From a virus (taxonomy: Duplodnaviria; Caudoviricetes): a DNA stretch of 58,525 nt. The notes under the pieces were generated by a model. That model was not told the DNA's origin and searched no databases. It worked only from the letters and a program-made list of their open reading frames with translations. Of this stretch, positions 8,836-16,390 are shown in pieces. Every line of letters begins with the position of its first letter. Position 1 is the stretch's first letter. Position numbers and translations under genes: made by a program. The stretch covers positions 1 through 58,525 of IMG/VR virus record IMGVR_UViG_3300021197_001797, one strand, 5' to 3'.

Positions 8836-10992
8836 ATGGCAGACGATAATTACTACACGAACACAGCCCGTGCTCTTTTCGGTCAAGGTCTTGCTATGGG
8901 TTGGGGAGACGAAATTGAAGCTAAACTAAGATCGTTTAGTGGTGATGAAACTTACGCGCAAGAGCTGGCTAAAATAAATAAAGAATATGATAAATATGCT
9001 GAAGAAAATTCTGGATTGTCATTCGGATTAGAACTTGCAGGAGGATTTTTACCTACAATCGCTGCTCTTTTAGCAACACCATTCACTGGTGGGGCCAGCA
9101 CAGCTGGTGCTTTGGCAAACGCAGGTAGGATGGCAGGAAGATATGCGCCTAAATTAACAAGAGTTATGAAAAATCCTGTTGGTAGAGGAACAGTTGTCGG
9201 AGGGTCTAGTGGTGCTTTTGCCGGAGCTGGATCAGCTGACGAAGGTGAAAGAACAACTGGTGCTTTAACAGGTTTAGGGTTTGGACTAGGCATTGGTGCT
9301 GGACTTCCTGTGGCTGGCAGAGGAGCAAAAATAGCTTATAAATATTTGAAAGACCGATTAAGTTCTTCAGGAGCTTATGTTAACGATGCAGCATTAAGAA
9401 AAATTTACGATGCTATTTCAGTACAAGGTGGAACTCCAGAAGATGTTATGCGACGTTATGCTTCTGACGTAGAAATGGACGTTCCCTCTTCAATTGCTGA
9501 TTACAATTATGCAACATCAGGTTTGGCAAACGTAGTAGGATCAGCAGATCCTTTTGGGGAAGCTGGTTCTATCATAGACTCTACAATTGGTCAAGTTAAA
9601 AAAGACACTAAAGGTCGTATGACAAAACAAATAGAAAAAGCATTCAGCGACAGGAATTATTACGCTGAAGAAGACAAATTGCTAGAAAAATTAAGAAAAG
9701 GTGCTGACAAAGCTTACAAAAAAGCATATTCTTATGGCGTGATAGATGACCCAGAATTGTTAGACATTTTGAGAAACAGCAAATACGCAAAAGCTGCATT
9801 GAAAAGAGGTGAAGACATTGCAGAAGCACAAAGAGATGCAGCAAGGTTGGCAGGAAGACCTTTTGAAGACATGAATGTTTTAGACGTTGAAGGTGGACAA
9901 ATGATCGACGTTCGTACGGTAGATTACATGAAAAGAGGGCTAGATGATTTAATAAGAAGAGGCTTTGATGGAAAAGGTGCACTAGGAGGTGCGGAAGCAA
10001 ATGCAGTTAAAGAATTAAAAACAGCAATAATAGACAGAGTGGATGAAATAGTCCCTGATTACAAAACAGCAAGAAAAGTCTACCAAGGAGACAAAGAAGT
10101 TCTTGATGCTATGGAAGAAGGAATAAAAGATTTTAATTCAATTGCTCCTGAAAAACTCGCGCGCAAATTAGGGGAAATGAGTGAAGGAGAAATAGACGCT
10201 TACATCATTGGTGCAACTAGAAATTTGATGAATTTAATAACTAAACCAAGCCAAGAAGCAAATTTCGCTGCAAGGATAATAGGCTCTACAGACATGAAAA
10301 ACAGGCTTCAAGTCTTGTATCCTAATTTAGGAGAAGAGGGTTTAAGACTTTTCGAAAATGCTCTTTTGAGAGAGTCTGACATGTTCAAAAAACAAAGCGA
10401 GATTTTAGGAGGGTCTAAAACTGGTAAAACTAGAGCTGGTCAAGAAAATATACAAGAAGACTCTGGTGTCGTAGAATTAGGTTTCAGCGCAATGGGCATT
10501 GGAGGAACCAGTTTCATGGAAAACATAAGAATGTTTTTGAAAAAGAACGCAATGTCTAAACCAATGATGGCTAAAGTAGCTGACATGTTGACAGAGTCTG
10601 ACCCTAGTAAATTTGCAGCAACAATCGGATTGATTGAAGATTATGCAACGAGATTGAAACCAAAACAAAAACAATTGAATGTCAGAGAAGGAGCAGAGAT
10701 CGTTGGCGGTGCGCAAGTTATGCCTACTTTAGAACAAGGTCTTTCTGCACCAGAAACGACTGTTGAAACAGAATCAGAAATTGGGGTTGATGTCACCGGA
10801 GACACTGAAGGTGAGTTTACCGAAGAACAACAAAGGATGATCAAAGAAACTCCAGCGTTGTTCGACGCAGGTTTAGCTCAAGAAACAGTAACAACAGAAG
10901 TTACAGAAGAAGACACCAATTTAACTGAAAAACAAAAAGCATTTAAAAAACAATTTCCAACTTTGTGGGCTAATGGGATAAGGGAAGACTAA
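8836..10992 (+). CDS. Large internal virion / DNA transfer protein
   Basis: GQG..GWGDEI N-terminus followed by Gly/Ala-rich hydrophobic region and helical body; last gene before lysis cassette. Confidence 0.65.
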   Translation: MADDNYYTNTARALFGQGLAMGWGDEIEAKLRSFSGDETYAQELAKINKEYDKYAEENSGLSFGLELAGGFLPTIAALLATPFTGGASTAGALANAGRMAGRYAPKLTRVMKNPVGRGTVVGGSSGAFAGAGSADEGERTTGALTGLGFGLGIGAGLPVAGRGAKIAYKYLKDRLSSSGAYVNDAALRKIYDAISVQGGTPEDVMRRYASDVEMDVPSSIADYNYATSGLANVVGSADPFGEAGSIIDSTIGQVKKDTKGRMTKQIEKAFSDRNYYAEEDKLLEKLRKGADKAYKKAYSYGVIDDPELLDILRNSKYAKAALKRGEDIAEAQRDAARLAGRPFEDMNVLDVEGGQMIDVRTVDYMKRGLDDLIRRGFDGKGALGGAEANAVKELKTAIIDRVDEIVPDYKTARKVYQGDKEVLDAMEEGIKDFNSIAPEKLARKLGEMSEGEIDAYIIGATRNLMNLITKPSQEANFAARIIGSTDMKNRLQVLYPNLGEEGLRLFENALLRESDMFKKQSEILGGSKTGKTRAGQENIQEDSGVVELGFSAMGIGGTSFMENIRMFLKKNAMSKPMMAKVADMLTESDPSKFAATIGLIEDYATRLKPKQKQLNVREGAEIVGGAQVMPTLEQGLSAPETTVETESEIGVDVTGDTEGEFTEEQQRMIKETPALFDAGLAQETVTTEVTEEDTNLTEKQKAFKKQFPTLWANGIRED

Positions 10993-11117
10993 TGATGAGA
11001 AAAATTTTTGACAGAATGCACGAATGGATTGGAAATCAAAAGTTATTTGTTCAAATAGTTATTTTATTTGCTGCAACATTTTTATGCCTCGCTGTATTTA
11101 TGATGGTTTCCAGCTGA
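10992..11117 (+). CDS. Small single-TM protein, 41 aa (below ORF-track cutoff)
   Basis: MMRKIFDRMHEWIGNQKLFVQIVILFAATFLCLAVFMMVSS; TAATG overlap upstream and TGATG overlap downstream. Confidence 0.6.
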   Translation: MMRKIFDRMHEWIGNQKLFVQIVILFAATFLCLAVFMMVSS

Positions 11118-11386
11118 TGAATCCAACAAGAGATTTTGATGGAGACGGAAAAATAAGCATTGAAGAGTTGCAAGCTAGCAATCAAAGCGACAAACAACAA
11201 ACTCAAAGGTACATGGCTATTTGCGCTTTTGCCTTAATGGTTTGCATGACCATTGTTTTGTGCACTCCTATGATTGGTGATGAACGAGTTGCTGCATTAA
11301 GCGGTTTAATCAGTTCTATGTACTTTGCACTCGCCAGTCTTTGTGGTGCTTACATGGGTTTTAGCACATGGGCAAATAAGAAGTGA
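11117..11386 (+). CDS. Two-TM holin-like membrane protein with N-terminal EF-hand-like loop
   Basis: DFDGDGKISIEE followed by two hydrophobic helices and a basic C-terminus; start reassigned to ATG 11117. Confidence 0.6.
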   Translation: MNPTRDFDGDGKISIEELQASNQSDKQQTQRYMAICAFALMVCMTIVLCTPMIGDERVAALSGLISSMYFALASLCGAYMGFSTWANKK

Positions 11387-11769
11387 TAGGCAATCTCCTT
11401 GGTCCAATAGCAAGTCTTGCTGGAACTTGGCTCGAGGGGCACGTTGCAACCAAAAAAGCTAAAACAGAAGCTAAAATAGTAACAATAAAAAGTGAAGCTA
11501 TAATAAAAGAAAGACAAGCTACTGGTGAAATAGATTGGGACATAGAACAAGCAAAAGCGTCTGCTCATTCATGGAAAGACGAGTTTTTGACAATCATATT
11601 TTGCATACCTTTGGTGCTTTGTTTCATTCCTGGTTGTGAAGACGTTGTTCAAATTGGATTCAATCAATTGAAATTAATGCCAGAGTGGTATCAATATTCT
11701 TTAGGTGTTATTGTTGCAGCCAGCTTTGGTTATCGAGGTGTTGCTAAATTTTATGGGCGCAAAAAATGA
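11383..11769 (+). CDS. Holin-like membrane protein (3TM/GTA-holin-like)
   Basis: SWKDEF-TM ... TM-ASFGYRG pattern; immediately upstream of lysozyme. Confidence 0.65.
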   Translation: MIGNLLGPIASLAGTWLEGHVATKKAKTEAKIVTIKSEAIIKERQATGEIDWDIEQAKASAHSWKDEFLTIIFCIPLVLCFIPGCEDVVQIGFNQLKLMPEWYQYSLGVIVAASFGYRGVAKFYGRKK

Positions 11770-12179
11770 CATTTATAAAAAAATTAACAGAAAAGTTGAA
11801 GTTTGAAGAGGGTTTCGAATTGATGCCCTATAAAGACACTTTGGGCAAATTAACTATTGGTATCGGTCGTTGCTTGGATGAACGAGGTATAACGATGGAA
11901 GAAGCAGAATTTATTTTGAAAACTGACATTGCTATAGTGATGACAGAATTAAATGATTCATTTTCATGGTGGACTAATTTGTCAGAAGAAAGGCAGTTAA
12001 TAATGTGCGATTTAGCATTCAATTTAGGATTGCCAAAGTTGAAACAATTTGTTAAATTCCTTGAAGCTATGGAAAACGCTGAATGGATTAAAGCGCACGA
12101 TGAGCTGTTGGACAGCAATTATGCGGATCAAGTGCCCAACAGAGCCAAAAGAAACGCTGAAGCTATTCTTGAGAGGTAA
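11766..12179 (+). CDS. Endolysin, GH24 (T4-like) lysozyme
   Basis: EEG..PYKDTLGKLTIGIGR catalytic E-D-T region; FNLG; S.YA.QVPNRA. Confidence 0.9.
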   Translation: MTFIKKLTEKLKFEEGFELMPYKDTLGKLTIGIGRCLDERGITMEEAEFILKTDIAIVMTELNDSFSWWTNLSEERQLIMCDLAFNLGLPKLKQFVKFLEAMENAEWIKAHDELLDSNYADQVPNRAKRNAEAILER

Positions 12180-12180
12180 A

Positions 12181-12348
12181 ATGGAATCAGCTAGTTTTTT
12201 AGATTTTTTCAATGCATTTTGGCCTGTCATAGTTTCTTTGGTTGGATTGATAATAATACTTGCCAAATTGCATGGGAGAGTGGAAGTTATAGAGGACAAA
12301 ATAAAAACATTATTCGAATTGTGGAACAACAGAAACAAACCAGATTAA
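12181..12348 (+). CDS. Small TM plus coiled-coil protein (lysis accessory?)
   Basis: GAGAGG SD then ATG 12181; WPVIVSLVGLIIIL hydrophobic helix. Confidence 0.6.
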   Translation: MESASFLDFFNAFWPVIVSLVGLIIILAKLHGRVEVIEDKIKTLFELWNNRNKPD

Positions 12349-12367
12349 CGGCAATGATGCGGTTAAT

Positions 12368-12426
12368 CTCCCAGAGCTGGGGTATTTAATGCCATCGTAA
12401 CAGCCATGCTCTGGGAGTTTTCTTTC
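12368..12426 (+). terminator. Long-hairpin intrinsic terminator ending the late operon
   Basis: CTCCCAGAGC (12368-12377) / GCTCTGGGAG (12408-12417) perfect inverted repeat followed by TTTTCTTTC. Confidence 0.6.
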
Positions 12427-12448
12427 AGCAAATAAGGACAAATGATAC

Positions 12449-12643
12449 ATGTCAAGTGATGAAGAGTTCATGAAACGCATCCAAGATCAATTTGATAAAA
12501 TAGTTGACAGCAAACCCCACAAACCAATGTCAGAAATGGAAAAACTCAAACAACAAGAAATCAAGAACAGGAAAGCTGACATCAAAAAAGGTTTAGATGA
12601 AAACGCCCAAGGCACGACATCCAACGAATTGGATGTCGTGTGA
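12449..12643 (+). CDS. Hypothetical protein
   Basis: 64 aa charged helical ORF, AAGGA SD upstream. Confidence 0.5.
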   Translation: MSSDEEFMKRIQDQFDKIVDSKPHKPMSEMEKLKQQEIKNRKADIKKGLDENAQGTTSNELDVV

Positions 12644-12707
12644 AAATCAAAAAATAACTGATAAAATCCAAACAAATCCTAAAATTATATCTATTATCAT
12701 CATACCC

Positions 12708-13142
12708 TCATTTGTAAAATATATGATCACCAATCGTCACTACGTATTCATAAGTCCATTTAGGCTCTACATCTACGCTATGATAAAACATAGCGTTATC
12801 AGTTAGATTAATAGAAATACCATAAGAGTAAAATATGTCTTCTGCTACTCTAGTTGCTTTTCTCCATGCCTTTGCGTCAGTTGGTATGTCTGGTTTTCCA
12901 TCACAATACCAAGAAAATTGACATTTGTTCCTCAAAGGGAAATTTGTTTTGTGCTTATGAGTTGGACCTTCTCTGACAACTTCACAAACTGTGTTAGGCC
13001 AACGATCGTCGTGCACCCTATTCAGAACTACTGATGCGACTGCTAATTGACCTGCTGTTGGTTGATCTCTAGCTTCGAAATAAATGTTTTGAGCTAAACA
13101 TATTATTGAAGTGCCTACGGCAATTAATTCTAAACCTGTCAT
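12708..13142 (-). CDS. Cell wall hydrolase, SleB/Hydrolase_2 family
   Basis: CLAQNIYFEAR, AVASVVLNRV, PNTVCEVV, CQFSWYCDGK, IGDHIFY; start reassigned to ATG 13142. Confidence 0.9.
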   Translation of the reverse strand: MTGLELIAVGTSIICLAQNIYFEARDQPTAGQLAVASVVLNRVHDDRWPNTVCEVVREGPTHKHKTNFPLRNKCQFSWYCDGKPDIPTDAKAWRKATRVAEDIFYSYGISINLTDNAMFYHSVDVEPKWTYEYVVTIGDHIFYK

Positions 13143-13143
13143 G

Positions 13144-13353
13144 TCACCACTCACAAAACACAGAGCTGTCATATGGTGGCCAACCTCTTCTTTGCTCAGC
13201 TGGAATGCCCAGAGCTTTGTCTGACATCCACACTTGCACCATTTTGCAATATTGTTTGTCTCGTTGCAGTTCAAATTCCATGTCGCACTGACCTGCGTAA
13301 CCGAAAACTAAAATTAACAAGCCAACAGCTGTGGCTACTAAAATGTATTTCAT
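13144..13353 (-). CDS. Small protein with N-terminal signal/TM helix
   Basis: SD GAGGAGGG before ATG 13353; MKYILVATAVGLLILVFG; YC.MV and GWPPY motifs. Confidence 0.7.
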   Translation of the reverse strand: MKYILVATAVGLLILVFGYAGQCDMEFELQRDKQYCKMVQVWMSDKALGIPAEQRRGWPPYDSSVFCEW

Positions 13354-13365
13354 TTTTCCCTCCTC

Positions 13366-13393
13366 GGAAAGAGCCACCTGTTGCAGATGGCTC
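13366..13393 (-). terminator. Intrinsic terminator after the DUF932 gene
   Basis: Minus strand GAGCCATCTG-CAA-CAGGTGGCTC (10 bp, one G-U) then TTTCC; short U tract. Confidence 0.55.
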
Positions 13394-13410
13394 TCTTTCT
13401 GTTGAAGTTT

Positions 13411-14409
13411 TTATACAGCTTCTAAAAAGCGATTTGTTATTTTCACTTTCAAAGAAGCATTGTCAGTAAGGTGAGCTCTTTCGAATGCTCGACTTTTGTC
13501 GTCATTCTTGGAGCCAGACTCATGATCGTAGTATTGAGTAACAGCATTAACTAAACCCCATGCTGTACCTTTTGATGACTTGAAATCGTTGCCTAGACTC
13601 TCGCCATCATAAAGTTGAAAAATTCTTTTCAACGCTGTTGATGAATCTAGCTTTTCGTTTCCGACAAGCTCTTCACCGTTTTTGTCTTTCCAATCGTCTT
13701 TCAACTCTTGAGCAACAACATCGATAGCCCAATCTCGGTCTATTTTCAAACGAGCAAGCCTGTCTACGTTGTCTACAAAATTATCCCAAGTTTCTTCAAC
13801 AACACCAAGTTGTTCTTTCACTGAAGTAGCATCGAAGATCGCTGAATGAGGAACTCTGATAAGTGCATTGGAACCATTTTCGCCGATGGACAATCGCAAT
13901 GTATTATTACAAACCACACGTACGCTAGTTAAATGAACAGAGGTGGCAGAAGAACCGTCACAACTGGAAGCCATTAGAAGATACGGTGCAATAGCGTCTT
14001 GACCATGTATTTTGAACTCTTGGCCAGCTTTTGCTAAAGCCCAAAACTTCCGGCCATTGAACAAGCATCCGGCAGTTTCTAATTGATATTCTTTTTCGGA
14101 AATCAAGTCTCGGAAAAACTCTAGTGCTTGTTTAGGTTGCACTACTTTGTAGTTGGGAGAAACGATGCCAAGACCTTCATCATTGTCACTGCGATAAAGA
14201 GCATACCTGTTTTTGAATCGTTTCGTTTCACCGTCGAAATTAGTGAACTCGACAGAGGCCACATCGATGTTCCAATCCATGCCAGCTTCTTTTTCCCAAG
14301 TTTCAATTGGGGCATTGTAAGTTAATTCTTGACCAAGTCCGTGCCAAGGTTTGTCACCAACATAAGCCATGTTAGCGCGATTGTTAGTCATGTCTAATTC
14401 GTGAGCCAT
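13411..14409 (-). CDS. DUF932-family phage/plasmid-like protein
   Basis: MAHEL..MAYVG..PWHGLG, Y.VVQP, ETAG.L.NG, DGS.AT, RVVCNNTL, GTAWGLVNAVTQYYDH. Confidence 0.9.
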   Translation of the reverse strand: MAHELDMTNNRANMAYVGDKPWHGLGQELTYNAPIETWEKEAGMDWNIDVASVEFTNFDGETKRFKNRYALYRSDNDEGLGIVSPNYKVVQPKQALEFFRDLISEKEYQLETAGCLFNGRKFWALAKAGQEFKIHGQDAIAPYLLMASSCDGSSATSVHLTSVRVVCNNTLRLSIGENGSNALIRVPHSAIFDATSVKEQLGVVEETWDNFVDNVDRLARLKIDRDWAIDVVAQELKDDWKDKNGEELVGNEKLDSSTALKRIFQLYDGESLGNDFKSSKGTAWGLVNAVTQYYDHESGSKNDDKSRAFERAHLTDNASLKVKITNRFLEAV

Positions 14410-14480
14410 TTTATTTTTCCAATTCTAAGTTGTTTAAGTTATGATTGTACTATCGTTGAAGTTTTCAATTAAGGCAACAT
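14410..14480 (-). promoter_or_regulatory. Sigma70-type promoter with conserved AACTTAGAA leader (copy 1)
   Basis: TTGCCT (14477-14472), 17 bp, GATAGT (14454-14449); AACTTAGAA at 14431-14423. Confidence 0.75.
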
Positions 14481-15995
14481 TTATTTTGAAAATAAATTCA
14501 ATCCATCGTTAACTATTTGTTCTGCCACATCTTTTTTATTCATTAAAGAGCCTATAACTGACATATCTATGGTTCCTTTCGCAGCAATGTTTATGTAAGT
14601 TACATTTTTCAATTGACCTATTCTGTGTGCTCGATCTTCAGATTGCAGACGATCTCTCAAACTAAAATTGTTGCTAAAGTATATGACGTAGCTTGCAGCA
14701 ACTAAAGTTATGCCTGTACCCCCAGCTTGTTGATTGCCAACAAAAACATTGGCATCGCCGTTTTCAAATGATTCAATAGTTTCAGTGCGACCATCTTTGT
14801 TGACACCACCGTGATATTCTACAGCCTCTATCTTTGCTAATTTCAAAGCCTGCACGATGTCTGCAATTTCTATACGGTAACGTGCCCAAACAATTACTTT
14901 TTCGCCTGATTCAACTATCTTTTTTACACGATCGACGAGCATTTCTAGTTTTGGATTTTTGCCTTCAATCCTGACAGGATTTTCTGCGAGAGGATGAATG
15001 TAGTATCCTGAAGTTATTTGCGCAAGTTTAGTAACAGCAACTAATTTCGTGAATGGCGTTTCTTCATTTTCAAAAACTATACGGCATTCGTTTTCAGCTT
15101 TTTTGTAAACTTTAGTTTGTTCTGGCGTCAAATCAAACACCATAGTTTTGTAAATTTTTTCAGGCAAATCTAAACAATCTTTTTTCAAAACTCTGAAACT
15201 GTGCGGAGCTATCAAACTAGACAGTTTGTCTAAGTTTTTGTATTTAGGTCTGCCACCTGCACCTTTTGCTACAACTTGTGGTTGTCCTCTGCCGCCAGTT
15301 CTTTGTTTGATGTGTTGTAAAAGTGGATTGTTGCCTTGCAACATTTCAGCATATTCTGATTTGAAAGCGTAAAAACTAGTCGTTTCTAATATGTCTCCAT
15401 GCAAAAAACTAAATTGACTGAACGCATCGAAAGGTGAATTGTTGATGGGTGTGCCAGACATTATTCTTCTCCAAGAAGCCAAATGTTTGAGTTTCATCAA
15501 ATTCCTGGTTCTTTTGGCGGTAGGATTCTTTACGCTGTCACTCTCGTCGCAAACAATCATGGCATTTTCACAATTTTCTAAAAAATTTTCTGCTTTCCAA
15601 CAACCTTTAGATGTTTGCAATGCTTCCCAATTCATAGTCAATATTTTCAAAGAACCGTCTTCACAATCATCTAACTCATCTAACTCTTCTTTTTCTTTTT
15701 TGCGGGGAGAAGCTGACCATGCAGCAGATTTGTATCGCACCCAGTCTGGCATGTGTTTGGGCAGTTCTAGCCTAGTCCAATTAGAGTGAACACCATTCGG
15801 CGCAAAAACAAGCAAGCCATCGCAGTCACCACTAGACCAAAGCTCTGCTGCATTATTTATTATTATCCAAGTCTTACCTGTCCCCATCTCAGCCAACAAA
15901 GCGAAATACTTTTTCCTGCCGAATGCATTTAAGCACTCTATTTGATGTCTGTAGGGTTTTGTTTTGAATTTAGAATGTTGCGCAAATTTTTCCAT
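14481..15995 (-). CDS. SNF2-family SF2 helicase
   Basis: AEMGTGKT Walker A, DESD Walker B, SGTPI, GGTGITL, QSEDRAHRIGQ. Confidence 0.93.
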   Translation of the reverse strand: MEKFAQHSKFKTKPYRHQIECLNAFGRKKYFALLAEMGTGKTWIIINNAAELWSSGDCDGLLVFAPNGVHSNWTRLELPKHMPDWVRYKSAAWSASPRKKEKEELDELDDCEDGSLKILTMNWEALQTSKGCWKAENFLENCENAMIVCDESDSVKNPTAKRTRNLMKLKHLASWRRIMSGTPINNSPFDAFSQFSFLHGDILETTSFYAFKSEYAEMLQGNNPLLQHIKQRTGGRGQPQVVAKGAGGRPKYKNLDKLSSLIAPHSFRVLKKDCLDLPEKIYKTMVFDLTPEQTKVYKKAENECRIVFENEETPFTKLVAVTKLAQITSGYYIHPLAENPVRIEGKNPKLEMLVDRVKKIVESGEKVIVWARYRIEIADIVQALKLAKIEAVEYHGGVNKDGRTETIESFENGDANVFVGNQQAGGTGITLVAASYVIYFSNNFSLRDRLQSEDRAHRIGQLKNVTYINIAAKGTIDMSVIGSLMNKKDVAEQIVNDGLNLFSK

Positions 15996-16390
15996 GCTTC
16001 TTTTTCCTTAACTGGTTTCTTAGTTTTCCACAAACATATGTTTGCAATTTCTTCTGTAGTCATTTCGTTTATTTCGTCAGCGTGCTCCCCACCAACTAAA
16101 ATCCATTGTTTATTTGTAACGATCAAAAAGTATGCGTTGCCTTCAGCTTTCATTTGTCTCAAAAACCAATTCTTTTGGTCTTGTGATATTTTATGATTAG
16201 AACCAAACAATTTGGTTGATTGTCTTTTTGGCTCTATAGGCGATTTTTGTTCTATCCAAGACTCTTTTCCTTCACTGCAAAAGTTTATGTCAGGCATTCC
16301 GGCCACGACGAAATTTTCTACTCTGTCTAATCGATCATTGCCTGTCGGCAAATTCTTTTTCAAAACTTTGTAATCATTGCTCTCTGGCAT
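15938..16390 (-). CDS. PD-(D/E)xK nuclease (VRR-NUC / Holliday junction resolvase-like)
   Basis: RVEN....GMPD....WIEQK, Q.NW; start reassigned to ATG 16390. Confidence 0.75.
   Translation of the reverse strand: MPESNDYKVLKKNLPTGNDRLDRVENFVVAGMPDINFCSEGKESWIEQKSPIEPKRQSTKLFGSNHKISQDQKNWFLRQMKAEGNAYFLIVTNKQWILVGGEHADEINEMTTEEIANICLWKTKKPVKEKEAWKNLRNILNSKQNPTDIK

Noticed and set aside
14481-15995. Inactive helicase because Walker B reads DESD
   Set aside because: Catalytic DE and all other motifs are intact; the fourth position varies in phage SNF2 proteins
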